Source of the DNA: Callorhinchus milii
Lineage: Eukaryota
DNA length: 64,000 nucleotides
Assembly: GCF_018977255.1 (NCBI RefSeq)
Contig: NW_024704742.1
Location: forward strand, 89,096,001 to 89,160,000
Reading direction: 5' to 3'
Shown here in pieces: positions 11,961-24,960 of the stretch. Position 1 is the first letter of the stretch; every line of letters begins with the position of its first letter. The notes beneath the pieces are model-generated. The model saw only the letters and a list, made by a program, of their open reading frames with translations. It was not told the DNA's origin and made no database searches. Position numbers and translations under genes: made by a program.

Positions 11961-14837
11961 AAGGAGACATTTCACAATTTAAAAGCACAAAATGTCAAAG
12001 TAATTAATACATACCATCCTGATGGTGGCCAAAAATACTCATATGAATAATGTAATCACCAGCAGGTCTCCCATATTTGTTTTCAACTATTATAGCATCT
12101 TAACAGATGATTCCAGAGTTAGACGAATAGAGAATAAAAGCTATGGAGTTTAAATTTCTTTGATGGTAAAAGGATTGCAGAAAGGTTATTCCTGTTGGTT
12201 CTTAAATTGGGCTGGAGGAATCATGAATTCAACAAGAAAAGAAATTGCATTTATATAGCCCTCTTCATGAGGTGTCGCAGTCTGAGAGCGCTTAACGAAC
12301 CAGACGAGTAAAGTGGGCAGGTAGAGGAGTGGAGTATGAGCAGGTTAAAGAGGTAGGAAGTTGCAAGGGCGTGAATTGATTTGTAGGTGAGTATGAGGAT
12401 CTTGAAATCGATCTGTTCTGTAACAGCAGCAACAACAAAATTACATTTATTGAGCGCCTTTCACGTCGGGAGGACGTCCCAAGGCATTGGTAACAGAGAA
12501 TTCAGGATTATCACTTTAACTCGTTTTTAAAAAGACATCAGAGACATAATAATTTCCTTTGCTAGGAGATTGTTCCACATATCCACATCTCTATGATTAA
12601 AATAAACTTGAATCCTTAGTCTCATTTGAGACTTGTTAATATTAAACCTCTGGGTCACATATCTTTGGGCACCTACACAGTCTAAATATCTCACTTGCAT
12701 TTATAGTATTCGTTCCTCTGAGCAGTTTGACCTGAATCCCCTTGCAATCATCTTCCTTTCTTCAAAGTAAACAGATTCAGCTCAATTAATTTCTCTTTTA
12801 TAATTTAACTGTTTGGATCTGAGCACTGGACACAATGACCTACCAATGTTAATACACATTGGAAAACATGCCGCTGTTCGGTTTGTGTTTGTAATCTATC
12901 AGCATTATTCAGACTCTGACACCTTCATCCAGAACTCTACTTCTTCCCTGCACCAAACTTCCCATGCCCAACACCCTGGTAACTCCAGTCTCCACTGCTT
13001 CCCTGTCTCCATCCCAGTAGATCAATTTTGGGGCCTCGCTCTCATCTATAAATCCATCCACTTCCTGGCTTCCCGTTAAGTGTCTGATCTACCCCCTACC
13101 CTACTCCTCTCTCCGCTCCCTTCACTTAGCTAACTTAAGTTACTTGTTGCACATCCCCTGCTCATTCCAAGTCATCACGAGTGGCAGAGTCTTCAGTTCC
13201 TACATCTCTCACCTCTGGAACTTCCTCCCTCTTCCACTCCATCTCACCGACTCTCTTTCTGATATTAAGTCTGGCTTATTTCTTTGAACGTGTCTTTGGA
13301 CACCTCCCTCTGTTACCAGCGCCAAGCGAGAGGTGCCCAAAGATATGTGACCCAAACCCTGTCCCTTTGAAGCATCCTGAAATGTTACCTGATATGAAGG
13401 ACACTATATAAATTTAAGCTGGGTCTGACACCTAATTGGAGTTTTGATGTGATAAGTCTATCACTAAAATGCAATTGCTTGCAAAGCCAGCCTTTAAAAC
13501 CCATTTTCAGATAGTCACAACTCTCTTTAAAAAATGCTAGCTTTCTCCTGTAACATTAGATGGGGCACCCGTCACTTCAGCCTGCTGGGTATGCTTAGAG
13601 GAAACTTAATTCCTTTTTGGCTTTATGACGGATGTGTTACAGTAATAGCACATGCAGGATGATAACTAATAATATAATAATATAAATAATATTCCTTGTA
13701 TTTTGATATAGCGCCTTATAGTGGCATTGAACCATCTCAAGCTCTTCACAGAATATACTGTGAAGTGGATTGTCTGTATTTTGTAGGCGAATAAAAGGGT
13801 AGAAAGAAATATGGGCATCAGCAGTCTGCCTGGATTCCTTATCTCTCACTGACCACCACTGGAAGTAACTTTGAATTTTACCATGATCTTCCTGCAAGGA
13901 CAAGAGGGATTGTGCAATAATTAATTCTTGAGGAAAAATCCAGGGAGAAATAAGGGATAAACGTAATACAAGGAAAATACGGACAGATATGTGAAAAGTA
14001 TTGGGATAGTCCTGTTCATTCCATAATTAGTCACGTAATAATTTTAGACAGGAGTCAGTCAATCAGCCTCTTTATTTTCTATCATAGAATATCAATTATT
14101 CTCCCACTGCACAATACAGTAAATTTAGATTTTGCGAAACCTTAGGCAAGTATCCTTATTCTACACCCCTGTTTACCTAGCAGTAAGTAGGAACCCAGTT
14201 GTTAGTCAATTTGAGGTTCGCTTTCCGGGATCATAATCCGTGAACCGGTTCATATAAATTTGGCCAAATGGCCTCCTTATGCTCCTATTGTTTTAGGTGG
14301 TGAGACAGAGGAGTAGAAGAAGTAGCAACTTATACACAAGTAGTGATTCCTGACGAGAGCTGGAAGGACTGCCCTATGGGAACTCGGTTGTGACACAAAG
14401 GACTCCCAGCATGATGCAGTTCCGGTTATTTGCTATTTACGATTCTTGCTACAATATCTCATTTTAGATGGCAATTATAGAGATTTCATTATTACAACTC
14501 TCCCCTACATGTGTAAGTGCCTTGCTTTTAGCATTAGTGTCCTGTAGACTTGCATTTACCAGAAACAGAATACATCCACTGCTGGTGTTACTTTCTGTGT
14601 GTGGTATACATGCAAACTATGCGCAGGAAGCATCAGTAATATGCTGCAGGCTGTGCATTCGCGCTATGCACAGGAGGTGACATCAGTGCTGATCTCATGA
14701 TCTGGAATTTGGCCATTTTTTATGCTCGATTATAATACAGCCTTTGAGCTCCTGGGCACAGAGCCTGGTTTCCCCATATTAACCATTTGCCTTTTTGCTG
14801 CCAGAAACTATACGTTGCTGGAACAATAGCTGCCCCA

Positions 14838-15355
14838 ACAACAACAACAAGATTACATTTGTATAGCGTCTTTCACGTCGGGAGGACATCCCAAAGCGCT
14901 GGACAAAGTACAGCATTTCAGACCCAAGCTGGAGTCGGGGGGGGAGAAGGGAGGGGAAGGGGATGGCTGATGGCATGGTCGAAGAGTAGGGTCTTGAGCG
15001 GGACTTGAAGGAGGCTAAGGAGGGGGTGAGGCAGTGTGATTGGGGGATGGAATTCCAGAGGTTGGGGGCAGAGTGGCTGAAGACTCTCCCACCAATGGTG
15101 GGCGGGTGGGTCGGGGGACGTGGAGCAGGCCAGAGCTGGCTGAGCGGAGGGAGCAGGCGGGTTGTAGGGGTTAGGAGGTCACAGAGGTAGGGTGGGGCGA
15201 GGCCGTGGAGGGCTTTGTATGTGAGGACCAGGATCTTGAAGTGGTTCCTCGGAAGGATAGGGAGCCAGTGGAGTCAGGCGAGAGGGAGGGAGATGGGGTC
15301 ATGGAGTTTGGTGCGGGAGAGGACACGGGCTGCAGAGTTCTGGATTATCTGGATC
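14838..15355 (-). mobile_element. L2 LINE 3' fragment
   Basis: (AAC)n tail at 14838, then the reverse complement of the L2 C-terminus (QIIQNSAARVL, LHWLP). Confidence 0.9.
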
Positions 15356-15524
15356 AATCACTTTGATCTAACTTAATGTACCATATGATTGAACACAGAC
15401 TTTGTTGCTATGTTAACAGTTACAATTTACTCATAAATAATGTTTGTAATCTGCTGTGTTACATAAAATTAATATGATAAGCACCCTAACTACAACTTGT
15501 ACTCTCAACTTGAGCAAAACTTGT

Positions 15525-16592
15525 CCAAAAATGGCTGGGAGACAGAAAGCAGAGAGTGGTAGTGAATACTTGTTTTTTGACTAGAGGGAAGTGTGCAGTG
15601 GTGTCCCCCAGGGGTTGGTATTGGGACCACTGCTCTTTTTGATCTTTATAAATGACCTGGACTTGGGTATAAGGAGTACAATTTCCAAGTTTGCTGATGA
15701 TACTAAGATAGGAAAAGTAGTAAACAGCGAGGAGGATAGAAGCAGAATGCAAGAGGACATAGACCGACTGGTAAAATGGGAAGACACATGGCAGATGAAG
15801 TTTAATGTGGAGAAATGCAAATTGATGCAGTTTGGGAAGAAGAATGAGGAGAGTCAATATAAGCTGATGGTAGAATCTTAATGGGGGTGAAGGAACAGAA
15901 TGGGGGTTCGTATAAGTAAATCTTTGAACACGGCAGGATAGGTAGATACAGATGCTTTTTTAAAAAAAGCATACAGGATACTTGGCTTTATAAATAGGGG
16001 CATAGAATACAAAAATCAGGAAGTTATGATGAACCTTTATAAAACACTGGTTAGGCCTCAGCTAGAGACTGTGTTCAGTTCTAGGCACTACACTTTAGGA
16101 AGGATGTCAAGGCATTGGAGAGAGTGCAAAGCAGATTTACCAGGATGGTACCAGGAATTAGGGACTTCAGTTATCAGGAGAGGATAGAGAAGCCAGAATT
16201 ATTCTCCTTGGAGCAGAGAAGGTTAAGAGGAGACTTAATAGATGTTTTAAAAATAATGAGGGGATTCGATAGGGTGAAAAAGGAGAAACTATTTCCACTG
16301 GCGCGTGGGTCAGTAACCCAAGGACACCGATTTAAAATAGTTGCTAAAAGAAGCAGAGGGAAGGTGAGGAGAAATTCTTTCACACAGCGAGTTGTTGGGA
16401 TCTGGAATGCATTGCCTGAAAGGGTGGTGGAATTTGATAATAACTTTTAAGAGAGAAGTAGATAATTATTTGGGGAGGACACGTTTGCAGGGCTATGGGG
16501 AGTGGGATTGATTTGAATAGTTCTTTTCAAAGAGCCGGCACAGACACAATGGGCTGAATGGCCTCCTTTTGTGCTTTATAATTCTATGATTC
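15525..16592 (+). mobile_element. CR1 LINE 3' fragment (RT C-terminal part and 3' UTR)
   Basis: [69 protein letters not shown]; 3' UTR gggctgaatggcctcct...ttctatgattc. Confidence 0.93.
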
Positions 16593-18089
16593 CATGAAAT
16601 ACATAGGGCAAATTGATTGCTCTTTCTTGTTCTGCACGCTATTGCTCTTCCAAGAAATGTTGCTTTATATAGCATGACCTGGATTTCCACTTAGTTCTTG
16701 TATAAAGTGAAATGCAAAGAGTACACATTACATATTAAACTTTCAATGTTAAACTAACATTCAGACACAGAAATTGAAATGAAAGCATATTCTTGGAAGA
16801 CCGCCAAAGCAGATCAGTGTAAGAGCGATTGAATTTCTTATTTGATCGTAGTAATGGGAATTACGTAGATGACTCTATAACTGAGATGGACAAATATTTC
16901 ACAGAATACAGTGCTTCCTGTCCTGCAGCAACAAAGGAAGATTTGGGATTGGGGGCAGCGGGGAGATGGGAGAACTCATCTGTGGTGGATAGCAAGATGG
17001 AATTCAAAGATATGGAGGATAGCAAGATGGGAAATGAGAGGATAAGGGAATATATGGCAATTTTTGTTTAGATAGCTTTTGAATATCAGAGTGTGCCTAG
17101 CGATTGAAAGAATTGGGGTGGCGTTCACAATAGCAGAGCAAGATCCCACAAATAGACACAAATTGATTCAATAATTTTAATTGGGGGATTGTTAGCCAGG
17201 ACATGGGGAGAAAATCCCTTCTCTTTTTAAATAGTTTCATGAGATCTATAACATTCACCTGAACATGGAGGAGGGACCTTGGTTTAACATGTAATCTGAA
17301 AGATAGGATTGATGGCAATCTCTTCCAGTAGAAGAGTGGATTTATAGAGCACATTTCAAATAGGGTAGCATCTTAGAGCGCTGATCATTGGTGGAAGTTT
17401 ACATCAGGGTGGGGAAAGGGGAGGTGACCATAGACAGCGTTGAAGTTTTAAAGTCATCAAGTGGTTCAAGATGGTTAAGGAACAGGAAAGACGGAGGAAT
17501 TGGAGCAGGGAATTCCAGAGGTTTGGGGCATAGTGGCTAATGGCGTGGCCAGCGATAGTGGAATGAGATGGTTGGAGTTGGGTGTGAGCAGTTTGGAGAA
17601 TTAAAGAAGTGCAACTCTACAGACCTAGATGCCAGAATTCACTTCTGATATGTTCTCTCTCCCTCACCTGAGGTTAGAAATTTGGGAACTTTTTAACGTA
17701 TGAAATCTCGACTCAAAATAAATTGAATCATCAGGAAAAAGATTTTTTTTTAACAAGCTGACAATACAATGTGCAATATCAGCTAAGATTTTTGCAATGT
17801 AGATTTTCATCCCAGTTTTTAACTTGAATTGATTTCTTTTGTTAAAATAAAGCTTAACAAGTGCCAGGAAATGTAAATAAAAATGGAGATTGAAAATTAA
17901 GGGCGCTACTAATGGACAAGCCCTTGCAGACTGTGACGCTATATTTAGAATAGATTAACATGGATTTAAACAATTAAGTGATTATTCAATTCAGGGAATT
18001 GTCATTTCTTAGTTTCATTGCACAAAATTATCTGGTCACTGGGCAGTGAAATTATCCTTCCCATCCCTGTTACAAAAATATAACACAAT

Positions 18090-18460
18090 CACACAATCTT
18101 CCTTTTGCATAATTTATTCAACATTCCGTTTGAATGTTTTATTACATAAAACATGTGTCTTATAAATAGATTACTCAACGGGGAGCTGTGGAACCCACAA
18201 TTTATTCCAGCCACGAAGAAGACATTTATATACCTTACAAATGACTTTGTTGCTCTCTCATGAGTTAACAGCTCTTCTTCACTGGTGGAATAAATTCTGG
18301 ATTGCACATATTCCCTGTTACTTTGCTTTCTTTCATTGGATATGTTTTGCTATATTGGCTTTTGGGAAGGGGGTTTTCAAACAAGAAAGAGATTTCTTTT
18401 ATTCCCAAAGAAAAACCCGAAGTCTTGAATTCATTTAGAAGTCTGTACAACTGTGATTTT
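18090..18460 (-). pseudogene. L: Hantavirid-like L extreme C-terminal remnant (EVE)
   Basis: ORFs 18265..18450 and 18089..18307: EISFLFEN..PVK (cf. DIQHFLQD..EPVK) and INVFFVA..FHSSPLSNL (cf. IGIILMA..FSSTPLALL). Confidence 0.52.
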
Positions 18461-18479
18461 GAAGTCTAGATGTCCNTTT

Positions 18480-21400
18480 TTAACAGCAAGATATTCTCCC
18501 AAATTGCAGAGACACTAGATGGTTCTAACACAAAAGTGTCCCATCCACCCTTCTTTGGGAAGGTTGTCAGATGTGGCAATGCAACGATTAATAGATGGGT
18601 AAATCGTATTGCATCAAGTCATGGAGTTTTACTATTACCTGCTCTCTCTGCATTAATTATCTACAAAGTACAATTGATTAAATATTTCATTTCAGACAGA
18701 GCAAAAGTTAGGATAATGGCTGTGGGATGACAGCGCAGTTCATTTATTTGGCAATTAGCGCATTTGCCACTAATTCATTAAATTTACTAATTGTCCCAGT
18801 TTGTTTACTAACAGTTACTTAATAGCATGCAATTATGCAAATAACAAGGTGCCATTAGTGATTAATAAATATGGACAAAAATGATGAAGTTGTAACTCCT
18901 GGAAACTCAAACAATTTTCTCATTACAGATTTCAAATGCATGTTTTTTCTTGATATAACATGAATAATATGTAACCTATTTTGACTATGGCTGTTTTCTG
19001 GAAATTCAAAAATACAGTACTACAAAATGGAATAACAGCACTGTTTGGGGCATTTGTTACATAATAGTGTATCTGTAGGAAGCAACTGAGAAGATATTGA
19101 GGGGTGATATCTGCCAAAGTGACTGACATGGAAGGGTTAATTTTAAATTGAAGCACGGAACATATTTCAAACTCGGTAGAGGTATTCTATGTCTGGTTTT
19201 GAATGTTATTGGTGGTGGGTGGGGTGGTGGGGGTGGGGGTTGGGGCTGCAGGGAGGTTTGCTGCTTATAAATTCGTTTTTTTAAAAGTTTTGAATATCTG
19301 GAAATTGTGGCGATCCGACACATTAATTTGCAGCCTGAAAATGCAATATTTTACATGCTCCTTTGTGTATCCTAATGACAGTCATTAGTGCTTGGCAGGA
19401 GAATAAATGCATCCGTCTGTATGGTATTTGTGTATTTACACTCGCTCCATCCTCTCACCTTGATAAATTATAGTACATATCACGGCACATTAAGGTTCTG
19501 TTCTACCGCACAAAGGGTCACATCAAAGTTCTTCAGCAAGAAAGACTTTTCGCCAACAATCTTGAAAATCACGTTGTCCTTAACTCATTTATTTATCTAT
19601 GCAAAGGCCACCGTTCCTTGGTGACCTGACACAGACCTATGGAGACCCATCTATAATGAAAATCAATCTACCAAGTCACTAAACAATTACTCTCTCTTCT
19701 TTAAAAATGCACAAGTCTTAAAAAAGAGGGATTTTAGACTGATTAATTCGCCATTTGTCTGCAGGACTGCGCAATCTGCATGATATAACAGGTGGCCTTT
19801 TCTGCTTTCTGAGTTTAGTGCATGTGTGATCAAATTCTCCAATTCACCACCTTCAGTAAAGGACATCCGGTGACAGTCTTGACATGATAATGTGCCCCGA
19901 ATGGCCACTCACCCCAACCTTAGGAAGATCTTTAACAACCTTTACATACAACAGTCTCTGAATTTCAATGTGTTTACCTAACTTTTTCTCACTGTGTTTG
20001 TTTTCCTGTGCTGTCCGGAGTGTGTGGTATAGATAAAGTCCATTAAAGTCATAAAATAAATTCATAAAATAAAAGCTGAGTTATTTTCAAGGGGAGCTTT
20101 TGGGGTCTATCTTTTCTGTTAAGAAGAGGAAGAAAATCATGGGGTGGTGGGAGGTGGTGATTTAAAACAAAAAAAAACACTTGGTATATTGAGATTTGTT
20201 CTGCAACATCTGCTTAATGGCAGATAACAATGTGATATTTGCGCATTCCTGGAATTGGCTTACCTGAGTGTGCAGGTTGACAGTAAACTGGAATTTCAGC
20301 CCTCCTTTATTTACCTTGGTAAGATCCAAAAGCCACAAATCAGTTTATAATCTCTAATTCAGTTTAAAATGTATCACGTTAGTTTATCTGGTCTGTCAGT
20401 GTCTGATTACTTTTGCTTGTTCAAAACACTAAAGCTATCTCACTGCTGGGACTGGAGTGGAGGTGGGAGGTGGTGGGGGCAAGGAAACAGTATATGATGT
20501 GATAATTATCATACAGACAGAAAATAAGGTTAAATTGCATCCTTAAAACGTGTCATTTATGGCAGATTCAAGTGAGACTGAACACTCTTTCCCCTGAAAA
20601 TGGTTTTACATTGCTCTGCTGAATATTCAGAGAGGCAAGGAGTCTGAAGATCCAGGGAAAAAAGACTTCAAACAGTAGGAGGTCCCATGAATCTTCATTT
20701 TTATCATAGTGAGGATAAATGGTGGTAAAGTGACTCGCTTTTGTGCACTATACCCATGCACAAATTACATGTCTGAGATGAAGAATAACTGAGAAGAAAT
20801 CACAGGTATCCAATTGCCCTCTACTATTAAAAGTACAATGTATTGTAACATCAACTCACATTTATATAGCATCCTTCACATAGGGTAACACCTTAGAGTC
20901 CTTCACTGTGAAGGGGTTCGACATTTAGCAAGGACGAAGGCAGAGGGAGGGGTAAAGGGGAACATGGCCTTAGGTGTGGTCGAAGAAGTTTTTTTTCAGG
21001 CGGGATTTTAGCAAATAGATAGAAGGTGAGGTGGACTGGTAGAGAAAGAGAATTCTAACCTTCTTATTTCATCTCTTTCAACCAGCATATCATTTAGCTC
21101 AGTTAAAATACACAGTCACTCCACTTTACAGTATAGCCTGTGAAGAGCTTTGAGATATCTCAACAACGTGATAAGGCGTTACATCAAATGCAAGGATTAT
21201 TTATTATTATTAAAGACGATGACACAATCCTACTCTAAAAAGAAGTTATTTGCAGGGATAATGGGGAAAGGCAGGTAAATGGGATTGAATGGATTTCTGT
21301 TTCAAAGATCCAGTGCTGACATGATGAGCTGAATGGCCTTCTTCTATTTCTGTAAATTTCTATGGTTCTTTTACACATCATTTTGCCCACCAAACTGGAA

Positions 21401-22950
21401 CTTTCAATTGTAAAGAGCGGAGCAGAGTAATTATCTTATATATCTCAGGGATGGTCCCAGAATCTCTCATTTAATTCCAAACATATGGCATTTCCTTTGG
21501 TGGTGGGTGGTTGAGATCCCTTTTCATTTGGGGTTTGCTTGTGAAAGTCTGACCACTGTCCCAGAGTTGCTCTGTTGTATTTTTGTTTCCATCAATAGTG
21601 TGGAAATAGAAAGAAGAGCAAAACATGTTATTCTCCTTCATTCAGATCATCCTTGCATTAAATACTAATACAATACACAAAACATACACTAAGGTAAAAT
21701 TAACTTTCCTAAAATGTTGCTCTTTACCTTTTACCCCATTATCAGGTAAAGTTTACTGTGTTTAACAAGAGGTTCCTTGTATCGCAAGGATGGTCCCAGA
21801 ATATCTCATTTAAATCCCAATTGTATGACATTTCTTTGATGGTGGGAAGTTGAGATCCTAATAGTAACAACGAGTTAAAAAATGCTATAAGTTTTATCCA
21901 CTTGTTTCTGCTTTCATTTTTTTCTTCATCCCTATCTCTTTGCTTTTTTGAACTCAGTTCCGCAACCTCTAACCAATCATAATAATAATAAATAGAGATC
22001 GCTGGGAACACTCAGCAGGTCAGTCAGCATTTATGGAGAAAGGAAAGTGGGTCAATATTTTGGGTCCATAAACGACCCACTTGTCCCACTTTCCTTTCTC
22101 CATAGATGCTGCCTGACCTGCTGAGTGTTCCCAATGATCTCCGTTTTTGTTTCAGATATCCAGCATCTACAGTATTTTGTGTTTCATAATAATAATCCTT
22201 ACTTTTAATTTTGTCCCTTTCACTTTGGGAAGATTTACTGCAAAATGTCATGACTATCTATTGTGCACATCCCAATTTGTGTTCAGTCTGACAAACAGCC
22301 ATGTAGTAAATGTTCTAATTTTTATTATCTGGGGGATTGTTGGCCAGGACCTTGGGTTAAACATCTGATCCATACAATTATTTCAATCTGCATCAGAGGA
22401 AGAGTTATGATTCCAGTTAGAATGGGCTTAGCATGACATGCATACCCCAAAATCCCCATAAAATTGGTCACTCACCTTATGGCTGTTTGTGAGAAATTGC
22501 TGGGTGCAAATCAGCTGCCGCCTATGCTTATAAATATACAGTTACTACACTTTGCAGCAAAATCCTGTGAAGAGTTTTGAGATGTGCTATTGACATGATG
22601 AGGCACTGTATCAAATAAAAGGATAATTATGTATATTATATTACAGAAAACTGGCTTTAAAAATTAAGACATTGCTTAAGATATTGCCTATCTCTACATA
22701 CTCTGTAAAGCTACATAAAAAGAATACATCTAGACCTTGGTGGAATTTCTCCCTATTAATCTCCAAAGGAGGAAAATGTCTTTTTTTAAAAGGATGAAAC
22801 TCTACCTCAAAAAGATAAAAAAAAATCAACCCTCCCAAGATATCAGTCTAATGTTATTCAACCTGCAGGGTTAAGTTCTACAGATAAAATTAATATTTCA
22901 GAATATCGCAGTCCCAGCAGGACTGGAGTCACAGTTTTCCATAAAGTATT
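18480..22950 (+). pseudogene. L: Second hantavirid-like L remnant, N-terminal half (EVE-C)
   Basis: ORF 18470..18730: AETLDGSNTKVSHP..VV..VNRI..LSA....K..IKYFISD (cf. AVKTDGSNISTQWP..VV..INYV..LEA....K..LRYFNIPD). ORF 19388..19624: MVFVYL..LINY..FCSTAQRV..KITLS (cf. MAYKYM..IINY..FQATQSV..KLGLS). Then YGDP..INL (~19640), IFAHS (~20240), FPLKMVL (~20590), ELLCCIF (~21560), EYI..GG (~22725) and IS.....WS (~22910), all colinear. The 3' pieces are weak. Confidence 0.68.
21995..22182. repeat. Palindromic (hairpin) MITE-like repeat of the type common in cartilaginous fishes
   Basis: gagatcgctgggaacactcagcaggtcagtcagcatttatggagaaaggaaagtggg pairs with cccactttcctttctccatagatgctgcctgacctgctgagtgttcccaatgatctc (arms ~65 nt). 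Confidence 0.85.
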
Positions 22951-23439
22951 TAATCATCTGTGTCTGTACTTATCCTTATAACCGTCACCCTCCTAACCAG
23001 ATAATCATCCAGCTCCTTTCTAAATGAATGAATCACTGGAATGATAACTAGCTTGGAGTTGGGTCTAATCTGTCTCCTTTCAGCTCTATGACTTAAAAAT
23101 CTTTTAACCTACTTGAGGCTTTCCAGTTGTGTCTTCATATCTTCTTGACCTGCACCACATTTTAAGTAAAATTAACTGCTTACGTCCCCATTGGGATCTA
23201 CCCTAAGCCAATTGCTAAAAAATAGCCGTCTTTTCATGAATTCTTTATAGTGAGAAAGCCCATTATAAAGACAAAGCATTGTACAGCTCTTTTTTGCAAT
23301 CAACAAAATAAGTTAAGCCCCTCTTCCCATTATCCGTTCAATTCAAAGTTTTAAGGATATGAATTATAGCATCTTTCCATCCTCTTTTAGCTCAATAAGA
23401 GCATCTCCAATTGACTCAGTCTGCCTTCAAATATGAGCT

Positions 23440-23880
23440 ATCAGTTGGTAGAACTCTCCCCTCAGTATCAGATGGTTGTGGGTTCAAGCCCCATATCATG
23501 ACTTTGAGCTCATTTAATCAAGGCTAACGCTCTAATGCAGTGCTGTGGGTGTGCATTGTCAAATCATGTCATCCTTCTGATGTGATGTTAAACTGAGGCT
23601 CTGTCTGCCCATTTAGATGGATGTTAAACACCCCAAGACACTATTTGAAAGAGAATAGAGTTTCTCCTTGTGTCCTGGCCAACAATCCCAAATGAAATTG
23701 GTCTCTCACTTCAAGGCTGTTTGTGGGATATTTCTGTGTGCAAATTGGCTATCCTGTTCACCCACAAAATACTCAGTCACTGCACTTCACAGTATATACT
23801 AGGAAGCACTTTGGGATGTCCTGCTGATTTGAAAGATGCTATATACCAAAACCAAGGTGTATTGTTTAATTATTATTATG
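23440..23880 (+). mobile_element. Full-length tRNA-derived SINE with Deu-like core
   Basis: A/B-box head (cagttggtag..ggttcaagccc), core (gatgttaaactgaggctctgtctgcc..gtgtcctggccaac) and (TTA)n tail. Confidence 0.85.
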
Positions 23881-24269
23881 AAAAATGTGATTTCCCATTA
23901 CAGGTCAGATGCTGGTGTTATTTCACATTTGTGTCAGGATTTCAGACTTACCCCAACTCCCCTACCCCTGCTCAGGTCCAAATCCCTGATTGTCCAGCAC
24001 CTCCATGGGATGTCCTCCTGACCTGAAAGGCGCTTTATAAATGTAATTTTGTATTGTATAATTATTGCCTGGCTTCAGGTATCAATACTTCCTAATGTTG
24101 GTACAATACTTTACTCCTAATCTTCACTATCAAAATTATTCAGCTGTCATCTTCAATTGCTGCTTTGCAATACCAAGCCAAAACTTAACCCGAGATTCCA
24201 CTCAGTCTTAACTCTTAAAATTCCTTAATTCAGTTTTAATTCGGGGGTCAGTTCTGTTCAAGATCTGTG

Positions 24270-24640
24270 AAAAGTCAGCTTCTAAATTGCTTCCAATGCA
24301 GTATTGGTCGAATTTAAGGCCTAAGACTTTTTATTTACCATGGAGGCAGAATTTGAGTGTTTGTATACAGGATACTAGCTTACTTAAAGTGTCCCACTCT
24401 ACACAACAATTTTTCTTGAAAGCCAGAAACAGACAATAATTACCGACTGAAATTCTACTGATCCTTAACAGATTTCCATGTGATAATTATTAATCATTAC
24501 ATTTTTCACCCCATACTCACTGCCATAAAAGCAAGATAAATGCCACAACGTGCACACAGGCTCTAAATGTAACCTTAACAAAGGAACAAATTATGTGTTG
24601 AGGCAAGATTCCATATCAAATCCAATGCTTTTGAGATATA
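24270..24640 (-). pseudogene. Hantavirid-like Gc remnant (fusion-loop-adjacent region; EVE)
   Basis: CARCGIYL (24556-24533; cf. CTACGVYL), then NYCL....K.C....TLSKL (cf. NDCLVTPSVKVCMIGTISKL) and FDQYC (cf. FKQWC). Confidence 0.7.
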
Positions 24641-24699
24641 CAGTATAACACAGGTTGACTTCTGATGGCAGCCTCTCATTGAATGAATTCTTTCAGAGC

Positions 24700-24960
24700 A
24701 CAGTTTGACAATCAGAGCTGAATCATATTTCTTTAACCCATGTGTATTGTTTTATACTTACCTACATGAAATTTCATCTGATATTTCTTAACCCATTTAT
24801 TTAATCTTTCCATTAGACTTTGAATAAGATCATTCTGCCCCCTGCACTGTTCATTTGACTACATAGATTGGTGTCATAAGCAAACTTGAAAATGCCTCTC
24901 TTGTGGACTATTTACGAATAGCATAAACAGCAGGGGAGCCACAGCAGATGCCATTTGAGC
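24700..24960 (-). mobile_element. Old CR1 RT fragment
   Basis: PLLFMLFVN..KFAYDTNL..ERLNKWVKKYQMKFHVGKYKTIHMG on the minus strand. Confidence 0.7.

Larger units (their letters stand above)
13805..16920 (+). pseudogene. L: Continuation of EVE-A L (thumb/lid region) in islands between TE insertions
   Basis: 13811-13890 MGISSLPG..SNFEFY (cf. LGEFSFVG..SEFEFY). ~14355-14490 REL...TPSMMQFRLFA and LDGNYRDF (cf. RKL...SPLQLRFRMQA, LDGEWVTF). 16649-16753 SK-x28-TFNVK has the same spacing as SKEYAW...TFTVR. Confidence 0.7.
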
